64,000 nt of DNA from Chrysomallon squamiferum (taxonomy: Eukaryota > Animalia > Mollusca), in NCBI GenBank assembly GCA_012295275.1, contig CM022672.1, forward strand, positions 7,874,001-7,938,000, given 5' to 3'. A program made the position numbers and the translations under genes. Below, one piece after another: positions 28,300 through 41,681 of this stretch; within the stretch, counting starts at the first letter, position 1, and every line of letters starts with the position of its first letter. A model generated the notes under the pieces. The model had not been told where the DNA came from, ran no database searches, and was given only the letters and a program-made list of their open reading frames with translations.

Positions 28300-28900
28300 G
28301 AACAATTGTGTCAGCAGAAATTATAAACCATGCCAATTATTTTGTATTAATTGTTTTGTTTGTTATTAATAAGTATGAAAATATTATGTCAAATCTATTT
28401 ACAGACTGGAGCGCCTTCATTTCCTTTTTTCAATTATCTGGTTACTTCGTGCGGTCCACTGATAGTGAAATAATATAATAAAATAAATAAAAATTAAAAA
28501 CAAAAATCATAAATAACGAAAAAACAGACTTGAACTGTTGTGTGATGATCATACTTTATTGCTGACAAGCAACAACAGTATATCAAACGTCTCTTATTAA
28601 GCTGTTTTAATTTACAGCAAGTATCCTATATGATTTGCTTATCAGAGGCAGCGGATGAGCTGTTTGTGTCCATGGTGATAGAGATTAGTGTTTTTTTTAT
28701 TGTTCACTCGCGGCCTTCCTTCTTGATATTAATTACCACAGTAATAAAACCTTTTCCTTTAACAACTTGGTAATTAATATTAAAATATGCTGAGGTGTCA
28801 TTAATCAGTTAATCATTTATTCATTTATCAATTCATTTATTTTATATTATTATTATTATTATCATTTTTTTTTTTTTTTTCAAATTTCATAACCAATCAG

Positions 28901-29186
28901 ATTCTTCGTGAAAAACGTCTGGATATTGTAAGGACGCTGAACCCAGATCGCCACTACGACTTCATGCGGTCTAAGTATCTGTTGTCTGGAGAGGACGTGG
29001 AGGAAATCAGACACCAGGAAACCCAGCAGAAGCGAGCCAGTCTGTTCCTGGACAAAATTGTGCAGAATTCACCTAACCAAGCCTTCGACATCTTCTGTGA
29101 ATCGATCTTAGTGGCAGACAAAACGAGAATGCATCTACTCACCATGCTGAACAAGGAGTTTGAAAACAAAAGGAATAACTATAAAG
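28901..29186 (+). CDS. BCL10: BCL10-like CARD adaptor, exon 2 (CARD domain)
   Basis: ILREKRLDIVRTLNPDRHYDFMRSKYLLSGEDVEEIRHQETQQKRASLFLDKI..FCESI..DKT compared with BCL10 ALENLR..ERHFDHLRAKKILSREDTEEI..RKRAGKLLDYL..LVESIRREKT. Acceptor atcAG, 286 nt, donor AAG|gtattt in phase 1. Confidence 0.88.
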
Positions 29187-29700
29187 GTATTTAGGTTTGA
29201 GTAACGCAAATGAATAAAAGCATAGTTCCTTCCCAAGTGTCCTTCAAATCCACCAAGAGTCAACGTTTCACAATTGTAGTATTTAAGTCTTTAAATAGCT
29301 TTAAATTTCAAGAAAATGTTAAAAAGTTAATAAACGTCCATCAGTTAAAAAAAAATAAAACATAATAAAAAAATAAAAAAACAACAACAAAAAACAACAA
29401 AAAAACCAACAGAAAACGACAAACAAAATACCAAACAACAACAACACACAAGGGAAACAACAATAACAACAACAACAACCAGGAAAAATGTCATCTTTTG
29501 ATTTTTCCCAAAGTTCTAATTCGTGATAAATACTGAAAGAATAAGTAGTTGTTTATAATTATATAGACCACTTTTATTTTTCTAATTGGGTTCAAAAAAC
29601 GGGTAAGTTTGGCTATAATGAGACAGAGGTCGCCGCAATGGCGATAAAAAGATAAATGAAGACTTGACAAGCTAAATATTATCTCTGACATTTTGAACAG

Positions 29701-29784
29701 CAGTTCCCAGAGTTGAACGAGTAAACCGTAGGAAAAAAACTACTAAATTACTCTGTTGTCCAGCATTGACTGTTCGTATCCCTG
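29701..29784 (+). CDS. BCL10: Candidate BCL10 cassette exon with GC donor (AVPRVERVNRRKKTTKLLCCPALTVRIP)
   Basis: Acceptor ttttgaacAG, 84 nt, stop-free in the phase 1-1 frame, ends CTG|gcaagt (non-canonical GC donor). Confidence 0.3.
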
Positions 29785-31389
29785 GCAAGTAATAATTTAA
29801 TTTTTCAGTGACAGTGATTAATCTGTTCCTTGAAACTGTGACGTCATAATAAATTTAATAAATAAAATTAATATATAACGCTAGAATGAATTTTTGATGG
29901 TAGAAAATTTTCTCCAGTCTATAATAACAATTCTTATAAAAACTTCTAATATAATCAGTATATGGATAAATCAAAATTGATGTCATTAAACTGTATTACA
30001 CAGTAGACGCAGCTGCCTCCCTTGGCCCAAGCTCATTAATCACATTGAAATGTACTTGAAATATAAATATTGACATAATTATATTCTGTGCATAAGGTGA
30101 AATGCACCCTCAGGAAGATATTTTTCAAGTATGAGTTCCCGTTACTGGCCAAACTGAGATTGGGCTGTCATCATTCACTTGGTAACATCTTGTTGCTGCG
30201 TTTAAAGTACATACTTATTAGTCCTGTTTATTTGTTTTTATCTTCATATTTGTTCAGGTTATTATTAGTTTATTATTAATATGATTATTATTATTACTTA
30301 TATTTATGTATAATATTATTTTATTATTATTACTGGTGAAGAATTATTGTGTTAATTTTTACTTTCACTACATGCAGGTAAGATCTTTTAAAATACTTTT
30401 GGCAGTATAATACGCTTTAGATAAATTCCTAAAAAATGTACTGTTATATAATATGTATATCTATAACAAACGAAAAAAGTAAACACATGCATGTAGGCAT
30501 TTAGGCCTATAGGTACACTATAGATATGTATACATAAGATACAACATGTAATTACTGGTATAAATAATACTAACAACCACGACGATGAAGATAATAATTA
30601 TTGCCTTATATTTCTGTGTCATACTATTATTAAAATTGTTTTATTATATCGTTTATTGATAATAAATTTAAAAGCATCAATCGAAACCTAACAATTTAAA
30701 AGAACATTCTCATGCAAATTTATTCGTTTCGCCAAAACAAAAACAATATCTGAATGTTTATTTATGAAAATTATGTATAATAAAAGTATCCTGAATTCCC
30801 GGAGTCAGGTCATTATATTGTTGAAGTCGTTATACAAAGATAACGGACGTCGTGAAATCAGCAATAACGGCGCTAATGTAAATACATAGTCAGTGTTGTT
30901 TTTTACCCGAAATTACGTAAACTGAATCTATATTCGTAATTTTTCATTCAAGTCATTAGTAATTTTCGATTTCAGCGCTTATTAAAAAATTACACATATA
31001 ACAAAAGTGACAAAAACTGTCAACTTTAAATTAGTTTGGCGATATTTTCACGTTCTTATTCTGGAAACTGTGGCCAAATCGTTCAGAAAATATTGGTCGA
31101 TTAATGCGTGAATTATGTCCGAAAAATACATCCGATAACTTTATTACCTTGCATTTTGTTGAAGAACAAGAAGGATAATAAATAAATAAATAAAGAAATT
31201 AATAAATTAATTAATTAATAACGAATTATTTGAAATGCACAAAAATTGTTATAAGTTAACGAAACGAAATTAAATACAACAAATAATCGATCGTCAAATT
31301 TCATTATTTTTAGATTATTAATTTAATTTTAAATATTTTAATATTATTTTTATTATTTATTTTGTTATTGTTGTTATTGCTTTTGTTAA

Positions 31390-31424
<35 letters not shown>

Positions 31425-31783
31425 TAACGGGTTTCTTCTCAATTAGCCAGTGTTCTGAATTACACACTATTATTAGTTAAAACAAAAGAAAAGAAATAAG
31501 GTTTCAAAATAATTGCTATTTTTTTTTATTTCTTTATTTTTGGACCGATCTTCTTGAAGTGTAGAATGTAACTAATAATGTAATTCAATTAAAAAATAAA
31601 TTTACCCTGATTTCTAGTCAGTTAGCAGTAGCGTCCTAACAGCTGTGTGAGGGTGGGACACTTACAGAAGAGTGAAAAAAAGAAGGAAAAAAAGAAAGAT
31701 AAAAAGAAACATAAAGAGGTTGATAGCTGTTCGGGAGTTGCGTGTGAATTGCTTAGGAGACTAGTAATATTCACTGATTACAG

Positions 31784-31819
31784 ATGAAACACAGTGGAGA
31801 GTCGTTGGCAGTCGACTAC
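31784..31819 (+). CDS. BCL10: Candidate BCL10 internal exon (DETQWRVVGSRL)
   Basis: Acceptor ctgattacAG, 36 nt, symmetric phase 1-1, stop-free, donor TAC|gtaaga. Confidence 0.45.
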
Positions 31820-31999
31820 GTAAGATAAGGAATATATGACACGTGTCTGAGCGCCTCTGTGCACTTCTGTTAAACGTGACCTTTTTTTTTTTTTTTTTAA
31901 GGCTGATTTAATGGTAAATTAATCTGGAAAATAGCCGCTATTTTCAGTAGATACGCCCCTGGTCATTTACATATTATACAAGATCAGTACAACATAGAG

Positions 32000-32268
32000 C
32001 GATCCACCCAATAACCAATTTGATGTTTTGTGCTGGGGTGTCGTCAGTGGCGGTCTTATTCATATTTGGGGCCACGAAGACTGAACTTCGCAAGCACCAA
32101 CAAGGTCTGGGTAACCACTGTTATCTTCTTCAGTGGGCGTATTCCATGTCAGTTGAATCTGTTCAAAATGTAACCACGCCAAGACAAATTGTCTGGGGAC
32201 TCTTCGGGTTTAGTGTCCTGAAGGTTAGGCTTCCTAAGTTGGATGTCGTTAACCAACCATACAAATAT
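32000..32268 (+). mobile_element. Possible degenerate SINE-like interspersed repeat in a BCL10 intron
   Basis: GC-richer non-coding island ending in a GTCGTTAACCAACCATACAAA tail-like motif; single copy in the window, no TSD found. Confidence 0.25.
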
Positions 32269-32347
32269 AGTGTAGCGAAGTTGACATATTATGTATGAAA
32301 TACAGAGAAGAACTGATTTTTCACATAATATTAAATATCTCTTTCAG

Positions 32348-32535
32348 CTTACATGAAGACAGGCCAGTCTCGTTCTCAGTCACTGGATATTGCTGTAGAT
32401 CCGGCAACCTTACCCCGCCCTGAGCCACCATCCAGAATGAACATTTCAGGAGAGGAGAACTACTACAACAATCTGTCCGCGCCTCCGAGTTTGTCCAGCA
32501 AGGAGAAATCGTTTGTTGGACATTCCCACGTGTAA
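32348..32535 (+). CDS. BCL10: BCL10-like CARD adaptor, terminal exon (Ser/Pro-rich tail)
   Basis: Acceptor tctctttcAG in phase 1. Encodes ..DPATLPRPEPP.., matching the TTLPRPGDP motif of the vertebrate BCL10 tail. TAA at 32533-32535. Confidence 0.8.
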
Positions 32536-33210
32536 CAGTTACAGTAAACGCTTTAAATTAGTCTGTTGATCCATTAACTAATACTCAACACTGACAGACG
32601 AGAGCCTCAATGGAATAGTGATTATTCATGTCATTAGGTACATACACGTATGAATATCCATCTTCACTATCAAATAACGAGAAAAAAAAAAATAATAAAT
32701 AAAAAAATAAAAAAAAAAAAAAAAAAAATAATCAGAATTTATAGAAAAAAAAAAAAAAAAAAAAAAAAAGAAAGAAAAACATATCACGGGTGTTAACTTA
32801 CTGGAATGATGCATTCTTGGACCGTTATCATATACTGAGCACTTACTCAGATGTAAATTAATAAATAGGGCAGTTTTCTCTACTTGAACTCAAGAATTAG
32901 ATATCTGTCTAGGAACATTACCCTAAAACGTTAAACTTTCCTAGGGTTAGGGTAGATGACTTCCCAACTAAAAATGATTTCGTAATACTAAAAGCTAGTG
33001 CATGCAGAAAATTGGAATGAAGGTTTTATATATATAAAATGTCCTGTCCTAAAAATCGTTATTTGAAAGGCTGAACAATTTACGAGTGGTATTGTGAAAA
33101 ATGCTGGATTTGGAAAGTTCTGCAGAACTATGAGTATAAAAATATAAAATCGTTATTAGTGGAGCACCATGAAACAAAAATGAAGTTGCAATCTACAAAT
33201 AAGGATAAAG

Positions 33211-33261
<51 letters not shown>

Positions 33262-36006
33262 GAACAGAAGAGAAAATGGAGTTCATAAGAGACTACACTA
33301 AATGTAATTGGCTGTTTGTTCCTTTTTAATAATTATTACCAAAGGGTTGTGAATTTCTATAATAGCTGTTACCAAAAACAATTCAACTGATGACAGAACA
33401 GTACTATTTTATATCATTTTTGATTCTTTTTATTTTACAATGTTTTACAGATGACCTCTCTAAACGCGATTTATTCTGAACACTCTTTTGCTCAGTGAAA
33501 GGATATTATTTACACTGTTTTGTTTTCTTATGGTATTAGGTAATTATAGAAAAGTTCATATATATACAGTCACTTTATGTTAGTGAAGAATGATCATCAG
33601 GAGAAAATGGTGAGATATCAGTACTAACTTTTATTTGCTTCTTCACTTACTTCTTTGCATTTAAGTATTACTCATGTTCTGATAGTAATTATTTGAGGCA
33701 CAGTCAATGAAATTAAAATGTATTCTAAAGCATTTAATAATCCAATTATAAATTCTAAATTTGCATTAACTAAGGAATTTCTTAGAAGTTTAGTAACATT
33801 TAATATTCTGTTAGAAAAATAGTATTACTACGTAACAGCCAGTGACAGATTTAAAAAAGAAGACAGTAAGAAAAAAAGGGTTTATCTTCTAAAGCCATGA
33901 GAGTATAACTAGGTGATGTCTGTTAAAAAATATACATCTAAAGATAAATAAATATAAGGAAGATTGTCACTTCTGATTTCTAATAAAATGACAAATTCTG
34001 TGTTGTTGTATCTTCAGTAAACCTACTCGATTGTGGTCTTTGGGGAAATATATATTTTTATTATTTAAACAATAACACTAATTTAATAAATATATCTTGT
34101 TTAATATTGGATGTATATTCAAGTAAGAATACTTACATTCTGTATACTTCAAAGTGATTATTTTAGCTTTTAATAATCAGTCTAGTTTTTTTGTTATAGC
34201 TTTTCTAACAGGGTTCTGTTCATGTCCTTTATATCCCACTTGTTTTTAAATAAATATTTTTACATTTATTGTTTTCATATGTCATTAATAAACTATTGTT
34301 TATCTGCTTTATCAGAAATGTTTCACACACACACATATATATATAGAGTAAGAGAGAGAGAAACAGAGAGAATAATGAACAAAATAATTAACAACACAAC
34401 AGTATGACAAATGTTTAATCACTGTACATATAAAATATCTATAATTTACAACCAACCTAAATCAAGTTGGTCACACTGCTCCACTGACAGAAATTACTAA
34501 ACTGTACTTCTATTATGATAAAAACCTTTTTGTAAAGACCATAGTTTTTTCCTGAAAATGTAAGATACAATATAAAAATATAAAGAAATTGTATCTAGTG
34601 TACAATAGGCAGCCTGGTACTGAAATACATTTATTTTTAGTTAAACAGAAAAGAAATCATTAACTCCCCTACACAAAATAAAAACAAAACAGCACAAAAA
34701 AACCCCACAAAAACAAAACAAATATAATAATAATAATAAAACAAAGAAAATAAATAAAAATTAATAATAATAATAATAATAGGAGAAGAAATACAAATAA
34801 CCTATTAACTATGTTAAAAATAAATAACTGACTAAACCAAAACTAATGTGTGGCTGTTAAATTAATTTTCTAGAAATCTGAGACCATCTTTAATTTACAC
34901 TAAAGCAGGCCATTCACTAACTCACTGTTAAACATATAAAAAAATTCTCAAACATTTAACAGAGATTAAAGAATAACTTCAGAGACACACAGAGACAACA
35001 GAATTATTATTTTCATGACACAGCATTTAATGAAAATTAACTGCAGGTTAATATGCAATTATTATAATATATATATATATACAGATTTTTTTGGCAAGTA
35101 TAAACTGAAAAAAAAAAAAAGAAGTTAAAACTATTAAATGAAAAAATGGGACATAACTCTTAAGTTTTTAAACTTTATACTAATGGAAACTGGTCAGTAT
35201 TTTAGTTACTATTTAAAAGCAAACTGCTATGATAAGTTAAGAAAAATGAAATGTACAAAATGGAAGCATGAAATGCCTGGAAAATAAGGAAAAGAAAATA
35301 AGAAAAAAATACATGTACATATTTATTTAAGCATAATGCTTTCTCCAGATCTTTAATTCAGTGAAAACAAAGAATTACACTGTGATATAATCACACATTG
35401 TACTGTCACAGCTTTCATCTCTTGTATTATTTGTCAAATAAGACTTTTTTAAATTAGTTCATTTAACTCTTTTAATTTTAATTGTTTTAAAAAAAAATTA
35501 CCCCTGACAAATCTGAAGAATTACAAGTCCATGCTTATCAAGTATAAATTTCCATGACAATTGTACCACAATAATTTAATTTCCATAAAAAAAAAAAAAA
35601 AATTTTAAACAAAAATCTATCTGGCTTATGATCTTTTTATCAATCTTAATGCAAATCATTCACATTAATATAATAAAAAGCCTTTTTGAATAAAAGAAAA
35701 ATCCCCAAAACTACTAAGTTCATAAATTTTCACAAGTCTTAACTATCAGTTCCTTTGGTTGTAAATCAGGCACTTCTTTTAAAGCTGATATAAACCTGAC
35801 CTGTGCTTCTAGCATTGATAAACAGAAGTGGAAAGAAGTACAAGACACTTATTCTGTTGTGAATGTGGCGAGCTGACACCATCGCAGTTAAATGTGAAAA
35901 CAACAGACAGGAAAGTTTTTGTTATTTGTGAAGATGACAGACAATACAATGGTGATTACACATTGATATCACAGCAAGCTTAAAGGCTCTGATTTGGTTG
36001 CTGTTG

Positions 36007-36123
36007 TTACGAGTGAGCTTCCCGTGTCAGTGATGCTCCACCAGACTGGTTGAATGGTTTTTCCCGCAAGTTCTGTGATTCACGCTTTAACACATTCAGC
36101 AATGTCTGCGAGCTTTCTAAGAT
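36007..36123 (-). CDS. SSNA1: SSNA1 / NA14, exon 3 (terminal; 122-aa protein in total)
   Basis: Poly-T acceptor tttcAG|ATC; ILESSQTLLNVLKRESQNL...AHS*, matching SSNA1 ILESSQTLLSVLKRE. Confidence 0.95.
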   Translation of the reverse strand: MLESSQTLLNVLKRESQNLREKPFNQSGGASLTREAHS

Positions 36124-36126
36124 CTG

Positions 36127-36163
<37 letters not shown>

Positions 36164-37378
36164 AATAAAATAAAAAGTTTATATAATGAAATCTTCTTTA
36201 AAATAATGTCTTTGATGTTATGTACAAAATTAATGACCTAAATACATTTTATGGACAAATGTTACCAACATTTTTCTTTTTGTCCTTCTTTTGGTAGCCA
36301 GTTTTTAATAATAAAAAAGGTCTTTAAAATAATAACTTGTGTGGGTACATAACTGAACATTTTCCCCATGTTTATCACGACATCATTTCATAGTTCTAAA
36401 ATGGTGAAAATAAATTTAAAAAGTAATAATAAATAAATAAAATCAATATTATTTGAACAAATTTGAGCAAATGTGCCAAATTCCAGTCATCAAGAATATT
36501 TTGTTTCCATTGTTTTTGATATCTCAATGAAATGGAACATGTCAGCTGCCAAATATTGAGTGTGTTACTGATGTATTTATTATTAGAATTCATTTTTAAA
36601 AGTTATTTGATTGTACTTTTCCCCACTAGAGAATCATTTTAAAATCATCACAACCTATACATATCAAATTGTAAAAGTTATTTTTGCGAGGTGATGAGAG
36701 GGAAAATCTATTCATTAAAATAAAAATAATTGAACCCCATATAAAACAGGACTGACATATATACTTAATTATCTACCTGCATTGCAATGGTAAATGTTAT
36801 CAAGAACATTCTGAATATATTTTTTATCTGTTATACAGCATCATATATATTACTGAAGACCACAAAGATGATCAGAAAGGACAAATGGTGTCATGTGTTG
36901 GACAAATTTTTACCCAACTAGCAGCAACAAATCTTTAATTAGCATCTATGTACGGATTTGAAAACACATATCGTGGCCTTTGATTAAGATTGTATGGATG
37001 CAATGGAAAACACAACTGGAAGAGGAAAATTGATTCTGGAACCATCTGCATATCAACTTTGTTTTCTAAACATTAAAACCGTAGCTCTGGAAATGTTTGT
37101 AAATGTGATTCCATTTAATTAAAGCTTCATAAAATAAGACAAAATTATCATCTATTAGTTTATAGAGAATATTCCACGTGAAAGACTAACTAATAAAATT
37201 CACAAACAGCAAACTGCACGAGAATATTATAAAACAAAAACAAAATTAGCTTATTAATATACAATTTGTGATCACACCCAATATATAAAGCAGCTGTGTT
37301 TTTAGTGTTGTTTAGTAATAAATTCAGTAACTCAGTAAGGACAGACATCTTAAGCAGTTTTGTGAAAGAATTAATCAC

Positions 37379-37578
37379 CTTCATGTAGGCAGCCTCAGTC
37401 TCAGCTATTGTTTTATCAAACTCGTTTCGTGAGGACATTTTCTTAGCCAGACTCTCATTAACTTTGGCAAGTCTCTCTGTCAACACTCGTACATCATTCT
37501 GTAGCTTCTGTTTCTCTTCTTCTTCCTGCAGAATCTGTTTGTGTAGCTCATCTCGCTTCCCACAGAGATCTTCAATAC
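37379..37578 (-). CDS. SSNA1: SSNA1 / NA14, exon 2 (coiled coil)
   Basis: [67 protein letters not shown]; 200 nt; acceptor gtccAG, donor AAG|gtgatt. Confidence 0.96.
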
Positions 37579-37954
37579 CTGGACACAGACAAATTAACAA
37601 GTAGCATGTCAAATATGTACACAATTTCTGCTACAGGAATACAATATGACTTGAGAAAGTTCCAGTTGTTTATAAAATAAACTGTAAGTACATATATCAA
37701 TGTTGTGTACCATAAACTCGGAATTCTAAACACTATATAGTATATTAAACAACTTTAACAGTATTTAATTTTAAATACTTTATACAAAATGTCATACGAA
37801 CCATAAACCTGCTTACATTTACCATGTAAAGTACATTTAGTAATAAATAATCAAATATTTAAAATACAGCGAACACCAAAGAAAAAAAAAGAAGAAGAAA
37901 GAAATGAAATGATTAATGAATTTATTTTCTGATCAAATAGCAAATAATATTGAT

Positions 37955-37969
37955 GTTGCTATGGATTAC
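37955..37969. promoter_or_regulatory. Imperfect RFX X-box-like site in SSNA1 intron 1
   Basis: GTTGCTATGGATTAC resembles the X-box GTTGCYATGGCAAC; lies ~130 bp into a centriolar/ciliary gene. Confidence 0.3.
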
Positions 37970-38044
37970 GATTTGTTATTCTCCGAATAAAACCATTATT
38001 ACTATGATATTTGCATGTGTATATATACAAAATGTAATATTCAC

Positions 38045-38096
38045 ATTTAACTAATTCGTTGTTGTAACTCTGTAATGCTGCTCCTTGTTGTGACAT
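38045..38096 (-). CDS. SSNA1: SSNA1 / NA14 microtubule nucleation factor, exon 1
   Basis: MSQQGAALQSYNNELVK versus vertebrate MTQQGAALQNYNNELVK; 52 nt, donor AAT|gtgaat in phase 1. Confidence 0.95.
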
Positions 38097-38299
38097 TTTT
38101 CAAAAAAATGCCTCGAACTGAATAACAAAAATTCAATTTCGAACTTGTCTTGTTGATACGATTAAAATGAAACGGAAGAGGTTCTTATTCTCGGTGTAAT
38201 TTCCTCACTTATGTATAGAGCACCACATATTTCCACAAAATATTATAACTGAAATGTAATAAATAATCATCAATACTGATATCTATGTTTACAATTTAG

Positions 38300-38301
<2 letters not shown>

Positions 38302-38381
<80 letters not shown>
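38302..38381. repeat. (CT)n microsatellite upstream of SSNA1
   Basis: Directly visible. Confidence 0.95.
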
Positions 38382-38385
<4 letters not shown>

Positions 38386-38465
38386 GTCTCATCTCTCTTT
38401 TTCTATTTTTACCCAATTTATTTATTGATAAGAGAGGTAGCAAATTTTTAAATTTCAGTTAAATA

Positions 38466-38997
38466 CAGTACACCTTGTTTATGTAGGACTCGCTTAAAAT
38501 CAGATAACCGTCCATATCGAATAAAATGAAAATAGACCGATTTTTCTGTAATTTACTAATCATGCTATTTCCCCGGGACTGTTTAATCAGTGGATGTTCA
38601 ATTAAAATTAATCTTGTTGGAATAGGAAAAACATCTGATGGTGAGTTGTGGGGGATGGGGTCTAACCTCTCCTGTTAAATTAGGAAGAACATTACAATGC
38701 CGAGACCACTTGTGGAGGTCACTAGGATTTCGGACAAATGCTATAAAAAAGTTAGCTACGTTCAAAATATTTCCCAGATGTCTAATCGATGCACATATAT
38801 CATTTAAACCCTTTGTTCCAAAAGTCCTTTCCTGTTGATAATCAGGAGGGATATTTGCAATCTCTCGAGGTTGGAATACCTGTAAAACTAACAATAAATG
38901 TTTCATATCATGTATTTTTAAAAATTAATTAATTAATTTTTTTTTACAATGACATTTGTAGAACTGCTTCATTTTCAAGGGAAATTAAATTTAATGT

Positions 38998-39052
<55 letters not shown>

Positions 39053-39360
39053 AAGACTTCATTTATTCTTCTACAAAATTCTGATAGAGAAGCATCATTA
39101 GAACCTGATTCTGCGACCTGTGCCACAGCTGTTACTAATGTAACTGAGCGAAGGTTATACATTCGTACACATCGGATGATGTCCCTTTTCATGCAAGTCG
39201 GATTTAATCTGGTTTATGCATGTTTATATATATATATCTCAATATATATCGGATATTGTCCGTTTCACACATATGATTCATATGAAAATCGGATATAAGA
39301 GATTTACATGCATATCGGACATCGCGTATACTGGTTGAAAATAATGGTCCACTTGAATCA
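38466..39360. mobile_element. Old non-autonomous TIR DNA transposon (Tc1/mariner-pogo-like ends), copy 1, right end eroded
   Basis: Starts TA|CAGTACACC, has subterminal ATCGGA repeats. Blocks at 38800-38865 and 39311-39360 are homologous in direct orientation to 46742-46800 and 46883-46930. Confidence 0.5.
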
Positions 39361-39368
39361 AATAGTTA

Positions 39369-39593
39369 TATTTGAGCGTGTGGTGTTTGTGTGTGTGTAT
39401 GTGTGTGTGCGTGCGTGTGTGTGTTTGTGTGTGTGTTTGTGTGCGTCACATAGACAATATTCGGTAACGTACTGGTACAGGGGTCCCAATCACGACTCAT
39501 AAACCCCGTCAGATGCCGCTGACGATTCTCAAAGGTGCTGCATCCATTCACCCGCAGTCCGAAGGCATACGACGTTACCAAGACAACCTTAAG
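39369..39593. repeat. Dispersed copy (unit 1) of a structured-RNA-like repeat family
   Basis: Collinear with 42868-43050: TATTTGAGCGT, (GT)n, CAATATTCGG.AACGTACTGGT, CGACTCATAAACC.CGTCAGAT.CCGCTGACGA, CGAAGGCATACGACGTTACCAAGACAAC. Confidence 0.85.
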
Positions 39594-41644
39594 AAAAAAA
39601 AAAAAAAAAAAAAAAAAGAGAGAGAAAAAAAAAAAGCTAGTTTGGTGTACTTCAGTATGTCTCTATATCTGTGCGTATGCCCGTCTGTTTGTATGTGAGC
39701 GTGATGATTTATGAGTGTATCTATGTATGATTATGTTTTCGTGTGTATATGTGTGTATGTCTGTGTAGCTGTATGTGTTTCTGTGTGTGTGTTTCTGTGT
39801 GTTTGTCTATGTGTATTTGTGTTCGTCTGTGTGTGTCTGTGTGGTTTTATATGTGTGTGTTTGTGTGAGTCTGTGTATACCCATTTATTTCTGTCTGCCT
39901 CTCTGTAACTTACTCCCTTTCATCTTATTTTCTGTTTGTGTACATAAATTTAATTTTAAAGATAAAATAACATTCTCATATACAAAGATTCACAGCAGTT
40001 AGAAGGATTTTTTATTTTTTATTTTATTTTATATTATATTATCTTTTTTATTATTATTATTATTATTTTTTTTTTTGTTCACGCCATGAGTACTCCTCAT
40101 TGTTAATAATTCGATTCAGTTCTTCGTGAAATTAATATTCCTTTGAAATTGCAATGTCCGCTCATTTGATAACGCTCTCGCGCGGACAGTCGTTTCTTTT
40201 GTTGAATAGTGTAGATTTGCAGATTGACCGCTTCACCTCAACGCTGGGTCGCAAGTGGGTCACACAGATTACAAGACGTGAGGACAATACACGACGGCTA
40301 TTGCAGATACCGACTTGATGCTGTATTTCTTTTAACAAGGTACTATTTACATATAGATTGTGTTCCGTTCATATGACGCCTGTGAAACGCTTCTAATTTT
40401 TTCGTGTGTATAACATTTCAGCGTATCGTGTCTTCGTATAATATATAAATCTGCAAATAATTTTAGTGATCAAATTATTGTTTAACCAATAAAACAAAGC
40501 GTTTTTTTTTTTTTTTTTTTTTTATTTTTTATTATTTTTGTTTTATTATTATTATTATTTTTTTTTTTTGGTAGGCACATATTATTATTATTACATGCAT
40601 TTTTATTATTTATATTATTTTTATTGTGGTGTAATCCGTAAAAAAAAAAAAAAAAAAAAATGAACTGGAGTGCCATCAAAGATGAATACGCTTTTTTTTT
40701 TAGAGAACACACGCACATGAATACATGCATTTTCGCACGCATACGCAAACAAGAAATGAAACAAAACAATAATAAGAATTAGAAACGAGTAAAATTTTAT
40801 TAGTCATCGTGATGAGCTAAGCGGGATTGTAACAGATACCCCTTCCGACGTCAGAGCTACATTATTTTGTGCGCATAGAGCAGCCTGTTAAGCTCCCGGG
40901 CCTTTTTTCTTCTGGTTTTTTTTTTTTTTTTTGTAGTTTTGTTTGTTTCGATAGAAGATATCTCTGATAAACGGAACCAGGTGCGGTTCTAAAGCTGCCT
41001 CTTCTTTATGCAAATCACCGTCGCTTTCTAATGCAGCCCCGCCACTGCATTCATTAGTTTGTTTAACAGCAGCTCTAAACTGTTCTGTTAAAATCTGCCA
41101 TTGTTCTCGAGTTGCTAAGAAACACCGAATGCTAGGACAGTGCGACTGTTATACGTCCTCGGATCGGGTAACGTGATCACACGTGATCGAAATCGGGAAT
41201 AGTTGACTAACTACATTATTGTTATAGATTTTAGTTTTAATTTCACAGTTAATGAAAATTTAATTTTCTATTACTTTAACGTCTTTATTTTTATATCTAG
41301 ATATAAATAGAAAATGTTTGTATTTTAATTTTTAATTATTTAATACATTAATTCATTCACATTTTAAAAAAAATTAATTAATACTTGCTTAATGTTTTTA
41401 AATATTCTTTTTTATTATCATTATTTTGTTTTTTAAATTAATTTATCAATTTTTATTATTTTTTACTTAAATGAGAGAAATATTTTGCAGAAGTGTATTC
41501 GTTCACAATAGAATTAATAAATAGTTGGAAACGTGCGTGCGTATTTGTGCGTTGATGTATGTATATATTTATATATATATATATATAATCCATTATTTCA
41601 TAAGGCCCTATTCGACAGAATCCCCATTAAAGAAACAAGACAAA

Positions 41645-41681
<37 letters not shown>

